A stretch of DNA of 64,000 nt from a virus (Duplodnaviria; Caudoviricetes). Where the stretch lies: the IMG/VR virus record IMGVR_UViG_3300032030_000020, positions 68,670 to 132,669 of that record; one strand, given 5' to 3'. The translations under genes were made by a program, and so were the position numbers. This document shows, one piece after another, positions 33,001 through 37,257 of this stretch. How positions within the stretch are numbered: position 1 is the stretch's first letter; every line of letters begins with the position of its first letter. The notes under the pieces are model-generated. The model was not told the DNA's origin. It did no database searches and was given only the letters and a program-made list of their open reading frames with translations.

Positions 33001-33791
33001 GGCTCGTCAATAGCCGTCATACCAGAATATCTGCGGAAACCTGTTGTTACATCTCTTCTTAAATGTCTGTTGTTTGTTGTGGCTAAAGCCATTTTTAATG
33101 CGTTTTCTTGAGCGAGACGAGACGTAACACCCATCTGAGCCAACAGCTCCGTCACAGGAGAATAATCTTTCATTCCGCCTGATAAAATTGAAGAAATTAA
33201 TTGAACATCGGATTTTCTAGAATTGTCAGTCAACTGATTTTTTACAAGAATTGGATCTACTAGCGATTGAAGTTGTTTGAAATTGCTTCCTTGAAATAAC
33301 TGACCAAGCTCTTTGGTTACAGCTCCAAGACCATTCTTCCCAGTTGCAATTGCAGTAAACGTCTGTATATCAGACATATACTGATTTATGCTTTGAGCTG
33401 CAAATCTTATTTGGTTATTATATGTCTTTAAGTCAAATGAAGAAGACATCTTCTTTCCGGCTGTATCTATATATCCTGTTATATTTTGAAATGTTCTGTC
33501 TAATCCTTGGAACAAAGGAAGCATTGATTGCTGCAATGAATCCGGGATAGATGAAGCATTCTTTTTTATTTCTCCGAACACTCGATTTGCTTCATTTAGA
33601 TTTTTAAACAAATATGTATACGAAGACATTACAGAATCTTGTGATTCATCGGACACAAGAGGACTATCTATACTATCTGCCTTAATCGAAGACACAGTTT
33701 CTGAATAAGATTCTTTTATGGATTGCATTTTGCTTTGAAATTTATCTATGTTAGCGTCAATTTCAACTGTCGTAATAATTTGATTACTCAT
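12063..33791 (-). CDS. Giant tape measure polyprotein (7242 aa) with N-terminal two-barrel RNA polymerase domain and PD-(D/E)XK nuclease domain
   Basis: TP901-type tape measure core (~25500-26400), hydrophobic helices (~25220-25360), long coiled coils and C-terminal YATGGLVDFTGPAWVDG. RNAP motifs D720, R737/K742, R1065-S-P, D1109-F-D-G-D; nuclease motifs PD...ADWKS...QMAFY. Confidence 0.9.
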   Translation of the reverse strand: MSNQIITTVEIDANIDKFQSKMQSIKESYSETVSSIKADSIDSPLVSDESQDSVMSSYTYLFKNLNEANRVFGEIKKNASSIPDSLQQSMLPLFQGLDRTFQNITGYIDTAGKKMSSSFDLKTYNNQIRFAAQSINQYMSDIQTFTAIATGKNGLGAVTKELGQLFQGSNFKQLQSLVDPILVKNQLTDNSRKSDVQLISSILSGGMKDYSPVTELLAQMGVTSRLAQENALKMALATTNNRHLRRDVTTGFRRYSGMTAIDEPVIVTDNAPDRYKASYLSGGRIIKSDKPTPKLPASNRATEEEFYRAIRDEIESGNSVAFEAAIKSGLVRQVNGGKYKYIDIADANGALLDQFGGYVAQKARRASQGAPQYIRRFDDFDYQSAIVRNDSKRNREAQTLMWLDRRPDAMPYIKEGWQIPQGLRYEDEEHVTQKLNNSAMINIPRMAIQNEGGKLRFTVQTPRQNNIDPHLLDYNWRKQNGIFQDVNDEWITMGRNPLLDRIIRLTPGAKFEDWSFGYGFDEKNLPKKGAPMIIDVPLDYFREHDEHGNVKFKEEKDLKGKTQRKAYFAGDNANLIDQVNQGAVVTLSTENQGDLEYVKAVSNVTGGGSMKMIRKDVYDALIKQDKARGIIPMLSYFSETDENNLLIDPKTGKAIDPYSEEGVKQYAKYFSNQSKMLSNSVPIEELGGKTPRAAVVSFKSFYDAIEKETQQEFEKRFRFDGGALIDDRTYSKDVQARMGPAKFLAIHQDWRKFLEDAGFAYRDKEFEGDDNLHFFMAGQGTTAAQVARYKELNNRRRNLTEDELAEFRELRDRRMVDVMRDDVEMLVDETAVKSIGALSHLSPEEFLSISETLTKSNSNSAFSRLTEDQKTAIKNRSSKSNRSAVTLTADQVNELFNESGNPAYDFGFRLMKDTEGFYGKKQFWSPAYMSSVVVTPEMMKRSEANYREAIQKLSTPEGIIDYLFSGNDRDSKRVQQDSSLLYTDRGIQFKIQRAKRDLQEKSLRGYAMLPADMLVATPNPYSLWNPVGNYLTGHDAQGEAAKLKAKTGTIITQRGSTKDLTNATRSPYAAGSNFFATIQRRQKAAERYGLSPDAAVMNIEDLYSLNTGDFDGDFIWLYHALATDDDFKKRTEKRNRYAQQAMKSIEKERETAKDLQKMIGGETRGTRNGASFAEASNVEQETTTGGVGLGYKAGQVVGRTQDLSDEDAGIVDAYANQTYADAIDLIKHSDMQVAQASGKALDAIKTRKPIERLVQSLFSDEDNNKVGATDIFAYGLPTYIDAIATSNMRTQKMFADMDPTYGSRIREALTNNIQARFGNATQTEKDLADWYSGLVGNKMSGNFQISSNEDLQKGEQLIAKLQNAYNAEYKKDQNSEITKRMGKLLGEARSAIQQETLLGWTEGNLDDINKYYELAHWDNPIKDGTFVSESDRDVARILFQKNAQDAIAERKRAEEDQINEIIRDKTGRTGNPQRQYLLERLHTAYKHTGFNWSNASAYMEKPIDFFGLTYSDVFGGDTSHPGSEMSPEGYMRFDPKTEELQYATKQGHVSQREQIARRILTGSTIPSDIDADAFLGSAAHTFMETYGKLRKGANPLNDLEARNEAYKAFENYLFDDEHKNERDQARVSFSVENGRIVAHHADEATQKRLNAKLSYGQRRNVNGKTTYGSLDEIAQHYYGPLYEGRNHIGEGMIMSEGVMYNDNGEQLISKRTEGGNGVWLVPTQDGQLVIDMPRYKKDANGQTVERQAGLYFTPDMIKKDKNGNITIADWKSSGTGQKHAIAQMAFYATQLEELGRQYWQNGAVDKDLEWFGQFIDKDTGNSKITNIEAIDMFAQNPKQRILTWRYNQDKAQEVRDEVYNGMRRLSHSAKTGFYDELKTNVPLRDAKDKGDPNRPVYAPDEILDDVFFSDRSNVLDEKLLANLTSETNREVLQGRTGYKVGDGEFIDNDKSYLVAKFMKDQETLQQVQRFANKQSMKLHNTSFESSDAFTQNIDQLRDLFNLEQRETIDQYLKTVNTAPDVSLLSGDFDINQRKAIQTMANLSMLRKEYIDNLGKTAEYDYNSILYSKGDMLSKLQAGRRKYEQDISALRGAKNDSQFVQNGRFLTDEDEAYEYLMQNYDQSQREGETDFQWQTRIKNEEIQKRKDAKTLAASAKKAESQYDKRVAEIDNYRKSFEVGWIEELEKHKTEENFGLNQLFSGGSVESVINNLKLKSQDILNATTETDAVTGEKKIQDALLQQALITWAADIDKQAGSFASIQGTTLERVINSGASFDNKRVEAMMNGTALDPNVIRDKALYDFGATYAKINPSATQEQLNKAVETYAKTYDNSLREQQEMQAIRNDVSYNRFMRQGDQLSRNRYGGSRGIAARALAIHESALSQQENRLMTATQMRMDQERVVEQKKGTEGYDQEVAKLNELKNAEAAARTEMEQLGKHSVTAGDVFASLGQSVQALTQRLGRQVFQKALQETKRFVKEFDSSMNEIQAITLKSDTDMQAVRSQTINKALGLRTSVSNVATTEAALYRQGLSDQEVSERTDSIIKFATVTKLNVAEATKIITTALQNDLVGSATEAMDALVALGDSAATTAAEIGKGMQKAAASAKVAGVSYEELTALLTIGTSDTQLSGTQVGTALQTVFSRMRRLSLSGYTADQNGEKTTTSDAEAALKAVGVDLWDDKTTGKMRTAYEVMSDLSKVWQNLSDAQKSIVTNALAGTRQTNVFSTLMEGMSEDGGATLDKYLGLAKDSEGITQSKYEIAMQSLSASMETFRSSFDSVVASLVEAGSVTGVIDGISSLFQGLSTAAENAGSIGSGLSIITAGILGLTAAIATIVTTGSGPIGWLLGGLTAVATLVGGLHLSSVIGQIANPLSEDDKTLKEAQKKLNQNNAMSDAAQDQHKKQLDVIKEVEEAGVAWKKLNSIENENGLRDSLQNLASVFPELSGEIAKATTDLSKWKDIVLQASSISDKFLQTNKGLLSEKIRDQIQLKFKSSYNKNFEQIYEDPLAQSNALAAYNAFAGTNDPSLFSYDPGFTMLTAYRIGKGNKEVAPFTKYVEALLSKNGLDDALSYLRTNNDSDEAMPVLNQAAEFVFARMNSKPSFLGDANSSLKYHRDVINSLFYDSGVPTEIIDEYGNIDPSVYASLNSLMTTNGRLEDKPQHRKDLKYSLLSILARGSAQVQSSLQEQYPELRQHIIDNQTSVDQVPDEILDQAADWLDEFVTTQSNAGLLSARRAASTKTIHDAIQDQSSLINLYATEDFSAEAITKAIEAKVGKAVLNDKNGIYLEDGVPTQALIDLITGIFPEIEDVQGLENLIKEYSPEDYYGFKVGNNAFRAEDEAKRFVRNSYGKYRLSDIKQYKTNATVFQSTESLFDAARLKANEKNPYDTLRILQQGVVSGHTVDERNDYIARILGEGDLLYNLQNGIIDESQLPKEIRQLITRFDSEQTQTLKPIENYNDWQSFLTDLDNTELGATMQAYMATNPEMIAAYMSRNVNPKESLNTFKSAVANAKPGQFKTPDVMESVMNTITSSPEFIEELTTDKILEPFYKQMQSFFGGEEQLAAVFESITSGTYEGSDAQKAVNEALTKARIKKSLSTKQYLSSDVGSMAQQIMSGFTAGDFKDWTGAQAAFDFDEGDWSALESAYPSLKKFLDLTEAQRSTGEGQLIKQQAEIELSVTGLDTLEQAGEVLSGTKQLIEDLKKGGEFEIKAKIRLENEASEIQKNAAKITNGTYAEQVESMLAAGISAESIATNPGDSLKQGTDYWAEQRRQEAGRLTAMLQAGETEEANKTAAENGYTFVPAEDQEKVINHLRNDLGYFMGPDGTWYSSNPFDSNGKLLPFADGMISEYATQQYANLTKGYFVPGEDVGQVPYVNTAVGKSRPLSPYEINIAQRQLLYASTQEKWQNVYGSDPDLMKAASESFGEHGQNVLAMFNNPEVSPEELAKEQALAVQELNNNLRTQVDEYRNQLLSASQAENAFNNYALSPDEYASTIASFLPNRNEADVKQIMNGNDNKAKEALKKEIQDQIQTLLQTIANGLNIDIDPSDTSSAFETLSAALQGVDDKAAEAILQIAKMFDEFGNLTPTSTASALSDYASRYKSGRDSRNKLQQIIDAIDNGSVSTINTMLSENAGLFEGDTFADRKKSFEEWLSHQTQGVQDIFGEMAGRSQNQNFFTESDISNLRNESVFGRLTYNRDSEAYYKQFTGMLDAEGNLDVKAFKTAATEDADGFGEWAQSIEYVKDMLNESKDGVVQNGEALERFRVNALADALDAQNKFGDSTKRITDAMRKSKGTFEERTDLMTQYRKAIADANKYQNAMARLQGKKVSKEDESLFESLNFSKKKIEDAKKGNAEAVDEIYAALEKESQKYSTEAQDIGLGIIMSDTELQDAIQKQVQSYSDNLEDITIEGPGITVENGEVTYNGEALLSEFGSKMDEQTKQLIEEALASGGTATATVDGDGNIVNVSWSFSPNGGGGDGASGGGGGGGGGKSKAQKAIEDAKHALTELEHLQKIYDTKLKHAESVNDRVEFNSAFESQRQNYSQMAAVYRQNIEALEAQRAGMSETKDDYWSLTDAINGYKEALEELTNQIIELNKQRLDFIQQQQDVADSSQDRRKTVATAEKDYSALIEDYDTHRARVAELVNLRRESFAQNVPQLNEWRNELDRIQKEEGPNSQNAIDIMNKIADIEAEQFNLESEIIQEVRDLNALENEILQTELRRATEIPSGNSRLAQSGASLAEAQENYALQRQFLRDDNAFIEEQLAAKVAEADKFFARVNDAELKASDPDGWSEALESYISNAEEIDKLQIQLIENQRTIAESFVNEVTKGYEDATRAAKAYSESAVSIAEYFKTGEEFEKYRSSMRDAIKLTESLRESTAVQVAQLKEQLATMDEADPGYREIADALYQAEQQEIDYTKAIRDNTIAMQKNITEQIKLNAERQSIAPETYSSIAGSYGDMYKRNGQWDDYRKALQIQIDAAKQTKELDSEAAQQLYDRMTHTKGELPETGDPLREKQSRLEAERDARLAELNAQRDAEYAKLLEYQRRQNEIDKQRADLLANPPQMIVPDVEPVYEERETGEVRTVGRELTKEEAARRKTLQNQLHQLEAAMNGKGVQFDLWGTARATVRQLTAQSKQPGGENIHVPTVEDVAGSLGPALKKAQEEANKKRLSSMQEQYDKLKEQLDEIEATTKTEVAATETVNVAQVQAEEQARADYEAAMEEYNGQLETLASQESDLAASIEATNANIDSINADIDKTSSEFGSMIQYVTDEMGEAFFTEVESYMDAYQNLAELMKSDAQKAKEIFDKISEYQDITRQKVLFDINERNRAANGSINLANSYAGTYGKTSEYDLQAEAYATSYAQRATTIATLRDAANELYEEIMSHDEDNPWISEEVKDKAIKEYQNIIKQYSDEVSAAIQDRFNEEAARHTKITEDNNDTRRWIDQAMAVNQAAGAIYLNREDFENYRRLLGNNEVQLNKSIEARKKHIEALKEELDEYRDNPKLLRQTIDEINKEEIAILSDTKAIEENTKAIEANRMAQLDLATTRANLASTTNAQLANTYASMSQQAGDWEGYRGMLKAGNDANRTTYRNNKIEIDTLTQQLQNREITDPQQQSAAIQRLYQLITNNASLQATMESNERAINKSYLDETAMNVNLGTLRPNFLNDVYGQWASRYGSIGNYAAQRGALNQQLQASQQMVPVYEEAIKELKKQIAGLEEGSPEWQEATQRLYEYQAALQKLKISMEEAAEAIKKAVIDEIVKTYEDASRGPLHNIEKAGIYAGMYNSTMFYDLYQNMLETQMEDRKPVREAIQKEIESLQAELENTRGTSQYDRVVQEIYTRQNEYVRLEADDIQALIDIANSKVDSTLKARQKMIDSFDREIKVASMLSQYYSENKDSEMYTKAIERQKEAIKAKQEYEISEIDTLRELAKTTPENTDAFEKLEKQIYDSAMSVAEMDYELIKLDKQIKSMEIDEMLERMSRVDEMQNHRADMYTTVRTRYQNRDELTNVNTILASENEIQETRADTLRLFIEELEAELTTVAEGGDEYWRIASAIMKYEKELEETTNTVESNTKAMSENRKQILENRKAVEDMVDEEIRKRIQEERDMLAGTTSNQNQILEILRNSYRNRFELYERDLNKQKEALNEEKGLINERLQMRKKALEEERQTEELAELQRQLALISADSSRTKEAKELRKRIQELQQNRALSLAEDEANAQAEMLDDQIKSIDDNLDYQREKLDEYLEDANNFKETIDILLSGSFEDLMEWVKVNDETYKNSLDATRMEMTNSWEDTWKQMKGIVDTYFEQINEIMQSADSLLGYMTESTEYKNLSESGQELYIQNILDAYEKMRKGELDNADYEHFDDFVFRRILEELPEWWIDLLNNKVEGGSKIVPSTFEHDPNIAPNTFSDGSPYLGLTDNSLWMEAVTQFVENNTSATTGFIDSLKNAKDSKLYGEILGSQSTIESKTAERDKLLASVAGMDKGTEDYITTTNEINELGFQIEKETARKQALNEMFIEELTTQVNDSFANTSQAINLMKDIATDSLNDLTIAIGEEGTKEFENTLASLQENRTTLENFVNTLDADTKATVMNLYDNMTSNLDTESEMLNDMSTAVGERTGELAENVSNTASQASREISDTSKLLAGDLETITGNAAFDLNDNIDRKLVEEYKIEEAEKKTIDDASKQYSTDSQSLTTALGELKDKIEGIWGAEGTQTTAIEGLTGAEKDLTSLLNEFVKPGGTMDTYAKEINEYAALVSGYSGNVDTYLSAVSGYSGNVDTYLSAVSGYSGKIDTYLSAVTGVTVSMKNEISNFERYVDKKLTDVDAALKAGSMESFINGMYNTLLGRDADATGMSTWLNLGDKNKIVEGILGSDEFNSLHPEGADAFLSANGLTIAGLTGSATGSSTTTSGSSGKTSGSKSAAGKAKTNSNTGTATGMMYSYAWGAVWDPAANKYIAQPVDPSSPLAMSQDDARALAQAVNGEKVDAKNSFGKDNPTWTQQQIEGYQRMGKEEYTNTKNKFKAGESVTNDYAFVAYMHDNGDVEYSDNRNANSNLSKTIGKLTDYAIGSAQDLENLESVLNQKGVGVGDITHVGDGGTVTADTSKTYNVKNHNTGQTERLTIEKKYATGGLVDFTGPAWVDGTKIKPEAFLDSVDTKLIQSLTDTLRYVYVASPLMPPSDLIGNNSNTIGDVHVTINQAELKSDADFEDVARRVGQVFTKELTKQGFNLSNYAS
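13371..13499. repeat. 3 x 42-bp tandem repeat encoding SGYSGNVDTYLSAV in the tape measure
   Basis: AACCGCAGAAAGATATGTGTCTA unit recurs at 13371, 13413 and 13455. Confidence 0.9.
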
Positions 33792-33809
33792 ACGTTTACC
33801 TCCTTTAGG

Positions 33810-33838
33810 TTGACATGTAATTGTTTTTAGACTATAGT
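33810..33838 (+). promoter_or_regulatory. Host sigma70/sigmaA-type promoter
   Basis: TTGACA-17 bp-TATAGT. Confidence 0.75.
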
Positions 33839-33874
33839 AGACATATATTAATCCTAGGAAAGGAGATCTCTGTC

Positions 33875-34231
33875 GTGGTCAATAATGGAAGCCAGTATGA
33901 TGTTTCTCTTGAGGTTGCCTGTCCTAAATGTGGCGGTCATAAATACAGGAAAGTACTTATTCCGAATGGCCCAAGAACGGAAACCGTTTTTGCTTGCAAA
34001 ACAATTTTGCCAAAACAACCTGGAGAGCTTTTACCTGATCTTTGCTCTGGTATGATTTGTTACTGTAGAACGTGTAAAAAATACTATTCAAAATCTGAGT
34101 TTTTGCGTTCTGGTAATGATTATGTATGTCGTAATTGCTATACTGTACAATTAGAATACTCTGAATATAAGCGAGCCAGTGATCATATTGGCACAGTTGT
34201 AAATTCAATAAGAAATAAATTTGGTATATAA
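33875..34231 (+). CDS. Cys-rich zinc-ribbon protein (moron 1)
   Basis: CxxC motifs; GTG start after AGGAG; opposite strand to the tail operon. Confidence 0.7.
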   Translation: MVNNGSQYDVSLEVACPKCGGHKYRKVLIPNGPRTETVFACKTILPKQPGELLPDLCSGMICYCRTCKKYYSKSEFLRSGNDYVCRNCYTVQLEYSEYKRASDHIGTVVNSIRNKFGI

Positions 34232-34283
34232 ATATCGCATAAAAGATTTCTTATAACATTTCATTCTGTTTTATTCTCCTTTG

Positions 34284-34313
34284 TTGACGATAATGTAATT
34301 TATATCGTATAAT
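34284..34313 (+). promoter_or_regulatory. Host sigma70/sigmaA-type promoter
   Basis: TTGACG-18 bp-TATAAT. Confidence 0.7.
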
Positions 34314-34344
34314 TGAATATCGATTTAAGTAGAGGAGCGATTAA

Positions 34345-34581
34345 ATGTTAGACACTGTATGGTGCACTGAATGCGGCAGCAAAAACAGTATCCGTAAGTA
34401 CGCACTCGACAACCTCTACGTATGTGCCGATTGCGGACATATTAAAGGTTACGAGTGCCCTGATTGCGACAGGTTCTACGATTATAACAATTTAGCACTC
34501 CTTGACGGTAAGTATGTATGTAAAACGTGTGGAAGAATACAGTGGGGTTATACAGAATATAAAAAAGGGGAGAGTCGTTAA
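34345..34581 (+). CDS. Cys-rich zinc-ribbon protein (moron 2, paralogue of moron 1)
   Basis: Four CxxC motifs; shares YVCxxCxxxQxxYxEYK tail with 33875-34231; GAGGAG RBS. Confidence 0.75.
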   Translation: MLDTVWCTECGSKNSIRKYALDNLYVCADCGHIKGYECPDCDRFYDYNNLALLDGKYVCKTCGRIQWGYTEYKKGESR

Positions 34582-34590
34582 ACTCTCCCC
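34561..34590 (-). terminator. Intrinsic terminator between convergent genes
   Basis: Minus strand GGGGAGAGT-loop-ACTCTCCCC followed by T6. Confidence 0.7.
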
Positions 34591-34675
34591 GTAATCGGTA
34601 TTGCGCTATAGTTAAGCCATAGTTGATGACCTATCTTGTAGCATACAGCAGCAGCCGTGTCCTATCACAGCTGCT

Positions 34676-35167
34676 TTATTTTACAAAATCGTCCAGTATG
34701 TCTGTCCGAACAGTATAGCACCGGCCGTCGATTTGCTGTTTGACTGCCGTGCAGATTCCTTGAATTCTGCTAAGACTATTCAGCAAATCCGACTTAAAGT
34801 TATCGTGAATCGGCTGCAATAAGTCCAGCTCGTTCTTGCAGGCTCTGCGTTCTCTTCGCACTTCCGCTAGTCTTTTGTACAACTTAAAACCGACATTGGC
34901 GTTTTTATTTTCCGCCATCTCGATATAGTGCAACAGATCCTGCATCTCTTTTTCAAGTTCGTCGAATCGAATCTTATCGCTTTCGTATCTCGATAACATT
35001 TCTCTTATATCCGAACAGAATGCTTTAACTTTTTCTTCCGGCCGCAGAGTATCGTAATCCACGTCGTTGTGCAATACGGGTCGTGGATCAGGACGTGGTG
35101 TAATCATCGCATCTAATTTACTTTGCGGTATCCGTTCGTAATACTTAGGTCTTGTTTTCGCAGACAT
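34676..35167 (-). CDS. Hypothetical coiled-coil protein
   Basis: 163-aa ORF; QDLLHYIE...RRERRACKNE. Confidence 0.7.
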   Translation of the reverse strand: MSAKTRPKYYERIPQSKLDAMITPRPDPRPVLHNDVDYDTLRPEEKVKAFCSDIREMLSRYESDKIRFDELEKEMQDLLHYIEMAENKNANVGFKLYKRLAEVRRERRACKNELDLLQPIHDNFKSDLLNSLSRIQGICTAVKQQIDGRCYTVRTDILDDFVK

Positions 35168-35171
35168 AACA

Positions 35172-35510
35172 TTACTCCTGTTTATGATTCTGTTGCATAA
35201 ACTCTACGACTTGTTTAATGTAGTCTGTCTCTTCTTTCATAATGGCTGGTTCTACTGTAGCCGTGATTACGTCAAATAACCACTCGTATACGTCGTTCCG
35301 CTTCGTGTTGATTGTATTTCGTTTCTCAACTTCAAGCTTGAGAACGTCTTTAATATCTGAGATCGTAACTGTTGCATCGCTGATCTTGTCGATGGTTAGC
35401 TCGTTCTCGTTCAGGATGGTTCGCCACAGGGGTTCCAGATAGAACAGTCCGTTCTCTGCTTTGACAATGGTTTCGTCCATCGCCTTGGAAACAAATTCTG
35501 TATAAAGCAT
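35172..35510 (-). CDS. Hypothetical protein
   Basis: 112-aa ORF with AGGAG RBS. Confidence 0.7.
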   Translation of the reverse strand: MLYTEFVSKAMDETIVKAENGLFYLEPLWRTILNENELTIDKISDATVTISDIKDVLKLEVEKRNTINTKRNDVYEWLFDVITATVEPAIMKEETDYIKQVVEFMQQNHKQE

Positions 35511-35522
35511 AGACTCACTCCT

Positions 35523-35681
35523 TTAATACACCTTTATAATGGGTCCTTCTTCGTATTGATGGTCTTCTGAGAAATAAATCTCATCCCGCTGTACGATTTC
35601 TGTAATTTCACAGTCGTTGCTTACAACAGGCAGATCCAACGGGAAATTCTCAAGTATTTCGATTAGATCTCTGACTGTCAT
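35523..35681 (-). CDS. Small hypothetical protein (52 aa, MTVRDLIEILENFPLDLPV...)
   Basis: Manual translation; fills the gap and overlaps the upstream stop (ATGA). Confidence 0.6.
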   Translation of the reverse strand: MTVRDLIEILENFPLDLPVVSNDCEITEIVQRDEIYFSEDHQYEEGPIIKVY

Positions 35682-36109
35682 TTCGATGCCTTCTTTTTGC
35701 GACGCCTTGGTTCCGGTTCGTCGGAAATAACGGGTTCGTACTTTGGAATAACACCGAAGACATGCTTGACCTTTGGTTCAGTCCAGCCCTTTGCTCCTTC
35801 TGTTTCTACCGGAATATCCGGGGTTGTAACACCAAATTCATGGTGCACAACGTAAGGGTTGGGGAGACCTTTCTCTGCGATCTTCTGAATATAAGCGACC
35901 ATTCTTTTCTTGGATACTCTGGAGTTAATAGCTCCGCTTCTCCAAATCATGCATGCTTTGCAAGCATTTGCAAAAAGAGAGTATTCTTCTGTTCCAGAAG
36001 GGAAAGGGTTGTCTCCACCTGCTTCAGCCCAGTTGCGGGCAGCCGCAATAAAAAGATTTTCGTCTCCGCTGTTGAAGGCTTCGATAACTTTATCGTATAA
36101 TTCTTTCAT
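35678..36109 (-). CDS. Hypothetical protein
   Basis: 143-aa ORF with AAGGAG RBS. Confidence 0.7.
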   Translation of the reverse strand: MKELYDKVIEAFNSGDENLFIAAARNWAEAGGDNPFPSGTEEYSLFANACKACMIWRSGAINSRVSKKRMVAYIQKIAEKGLPNPYVVHHEFGVTTPDIPVETEGAKGWTEPKVKHVFGVIPKYEPVISDEPEPRRRKKKASK

Positions 36110-36121
36110 AGTGATTCTCCT

Positions 36122-36505
36122 TTACTTCATAAATTCTTCGAACCAACTTGTATCGCCCATTGCTTTCTGCGCTTGCTCTTTGTCGCTCATGTCAACAATC
36201 GCCATCGAACCCGGCATACTAAGCAATGTGGCGGCAGAATTCTTTGTGCTGGGTTTAACCAAAGGATTCGCGGCAGCAATCATTTTGTTTATTGCTTCTC
36301 CGCCCTTCTTATCGAAAACGGTCCTGCCGTACATATTTGACAAAGATTCAAAATTGATTCGTTTGCCAAGCGCTGCAAGTACGCTTTGGAAGAATATGTA
36401 CGTCATCCGGTTTATTTTCTCTTCGTCTACTTCGCCCAGGTGAGCTGCAACGGTTGCTACTGCTTCATCGAGTTCTAGCGCTTCGCCTGGGCTTCCTTGT
36501 TTTTT
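36122..36505 (-). CDS. Tail assembly chaperone GT, C-terminal part reached by -1 frameshift
   Basis: Overlaps the end of 36475-37146 in the -1 frame; slippery heptamer A AAA AAC at 36499-36505. Confidence 0.7.
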   Translation of the reverse strand, partial: KKQGSPGEALELDEAVATVAAHLGEVDEEKINRMTYIFFQSVLAALGKRINFESLSNMYGRTVFDKKGGEAINKMIAAANPLVKPSTKNSAATLLSMPGSMAIVDMSDKEQAQKAMGDTSWFEEFMK

Positions 36506-37146
36506 CTTGCTGCTTCCTGCTTTTCGTCGATGTGATTCAGTCGAGCAAAGATCTTGCAAACCCTGTCAACAGTATCTGCGTCCATTTCGTTGTAGTTTTC
36601 CTTAACGAAATCGACATCATCAAAAGCAGCAATAAGAAAATCAAATACTAAATCATCTGCCGTTCTTTTGGGATCTAACACACCCTTTTCGTACGTAAGC
36701 AGTTCGTGTAATGGGACGGCGTTGATAATCCCGTAGGCAGATGCTGCTTTATTTCTAAAATATTTGAGCTTCGTAGGCTTGAGTTCTACTTTCTTTCCGT
36801 TAACGACAACGACATTTTCTTCGTTGAGTTCGGAAGGAAGCTCTTCTTTAAGTTCGCTTTTGTTAGGTAATTCCTTTACTTCAGGACTTACATTTGGATT
36901 GTTTTCGACCTTTGGAGTTTCCGTCGGAATTTCTGAAACCAGTTCCGTACCTTCGGGAACACTCTCAATCTTTTTGGTTTCCGTAGGGGTTTCTTCGAAA
37001 TCAGGAATGTAATCAGGCACGTCCTGATGCTGTATTGTTCCTTTTGGAACAGGTGTCTCTTCCCGAATCTGATCAGGGACAGCTTTGGGTTCCCGCACTT
37101 CAGAAGGAATGGGAATATCTTTGGATGATAAAACTTGCTTTGGCAT
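36475..37146 (-). CDS. Tail assembly chaperone G
   Basis: Directly downstream of the major tail gene; VNGKKVELKP motif; Pro/Glu-rich N-terminal extension. Confidence 0.7.
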   Translation of the reverse strand: MPKQVLSSKDIPIPSEVREPKAVPDQIREETPVPKGTIQHQDVPDYIPDFEETPTETKKIESVPEGTELVSEIPTETPKVENNPNVSPEVKELPNKSELKEELPSELNEENVVVVNGKKVELKPTKLKYFRNKAASAYGIINAVPLHELLTYEKGVLDPKRTADDLVFDFLIAAFDDVDFVKENYNEMDADTVDRVCKIFARLNHIDEKQEAARKNKEAQAKR

Positions 37147-37171
37147 ATGTTCACCTTCAGTCCTTCAAAAT

Positions 37172-37205
37172 AAAAAGGGGATACTGCTAGGTTGCAGTAT
37201 CCCCT
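37172..37205 (-). terminator. Intrinsic terminator after major tail gene
   Basis: GGGGATACTGC-loop-GCAGTATCCCC followed by TTTTTATTTT on the minus strand. Confidence 0.8.
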
Positions 37206-37257
37206 GAGAGATTATCTAACTGTAACCTTTATATAAAAACCTTAATCGTTAGATTGC

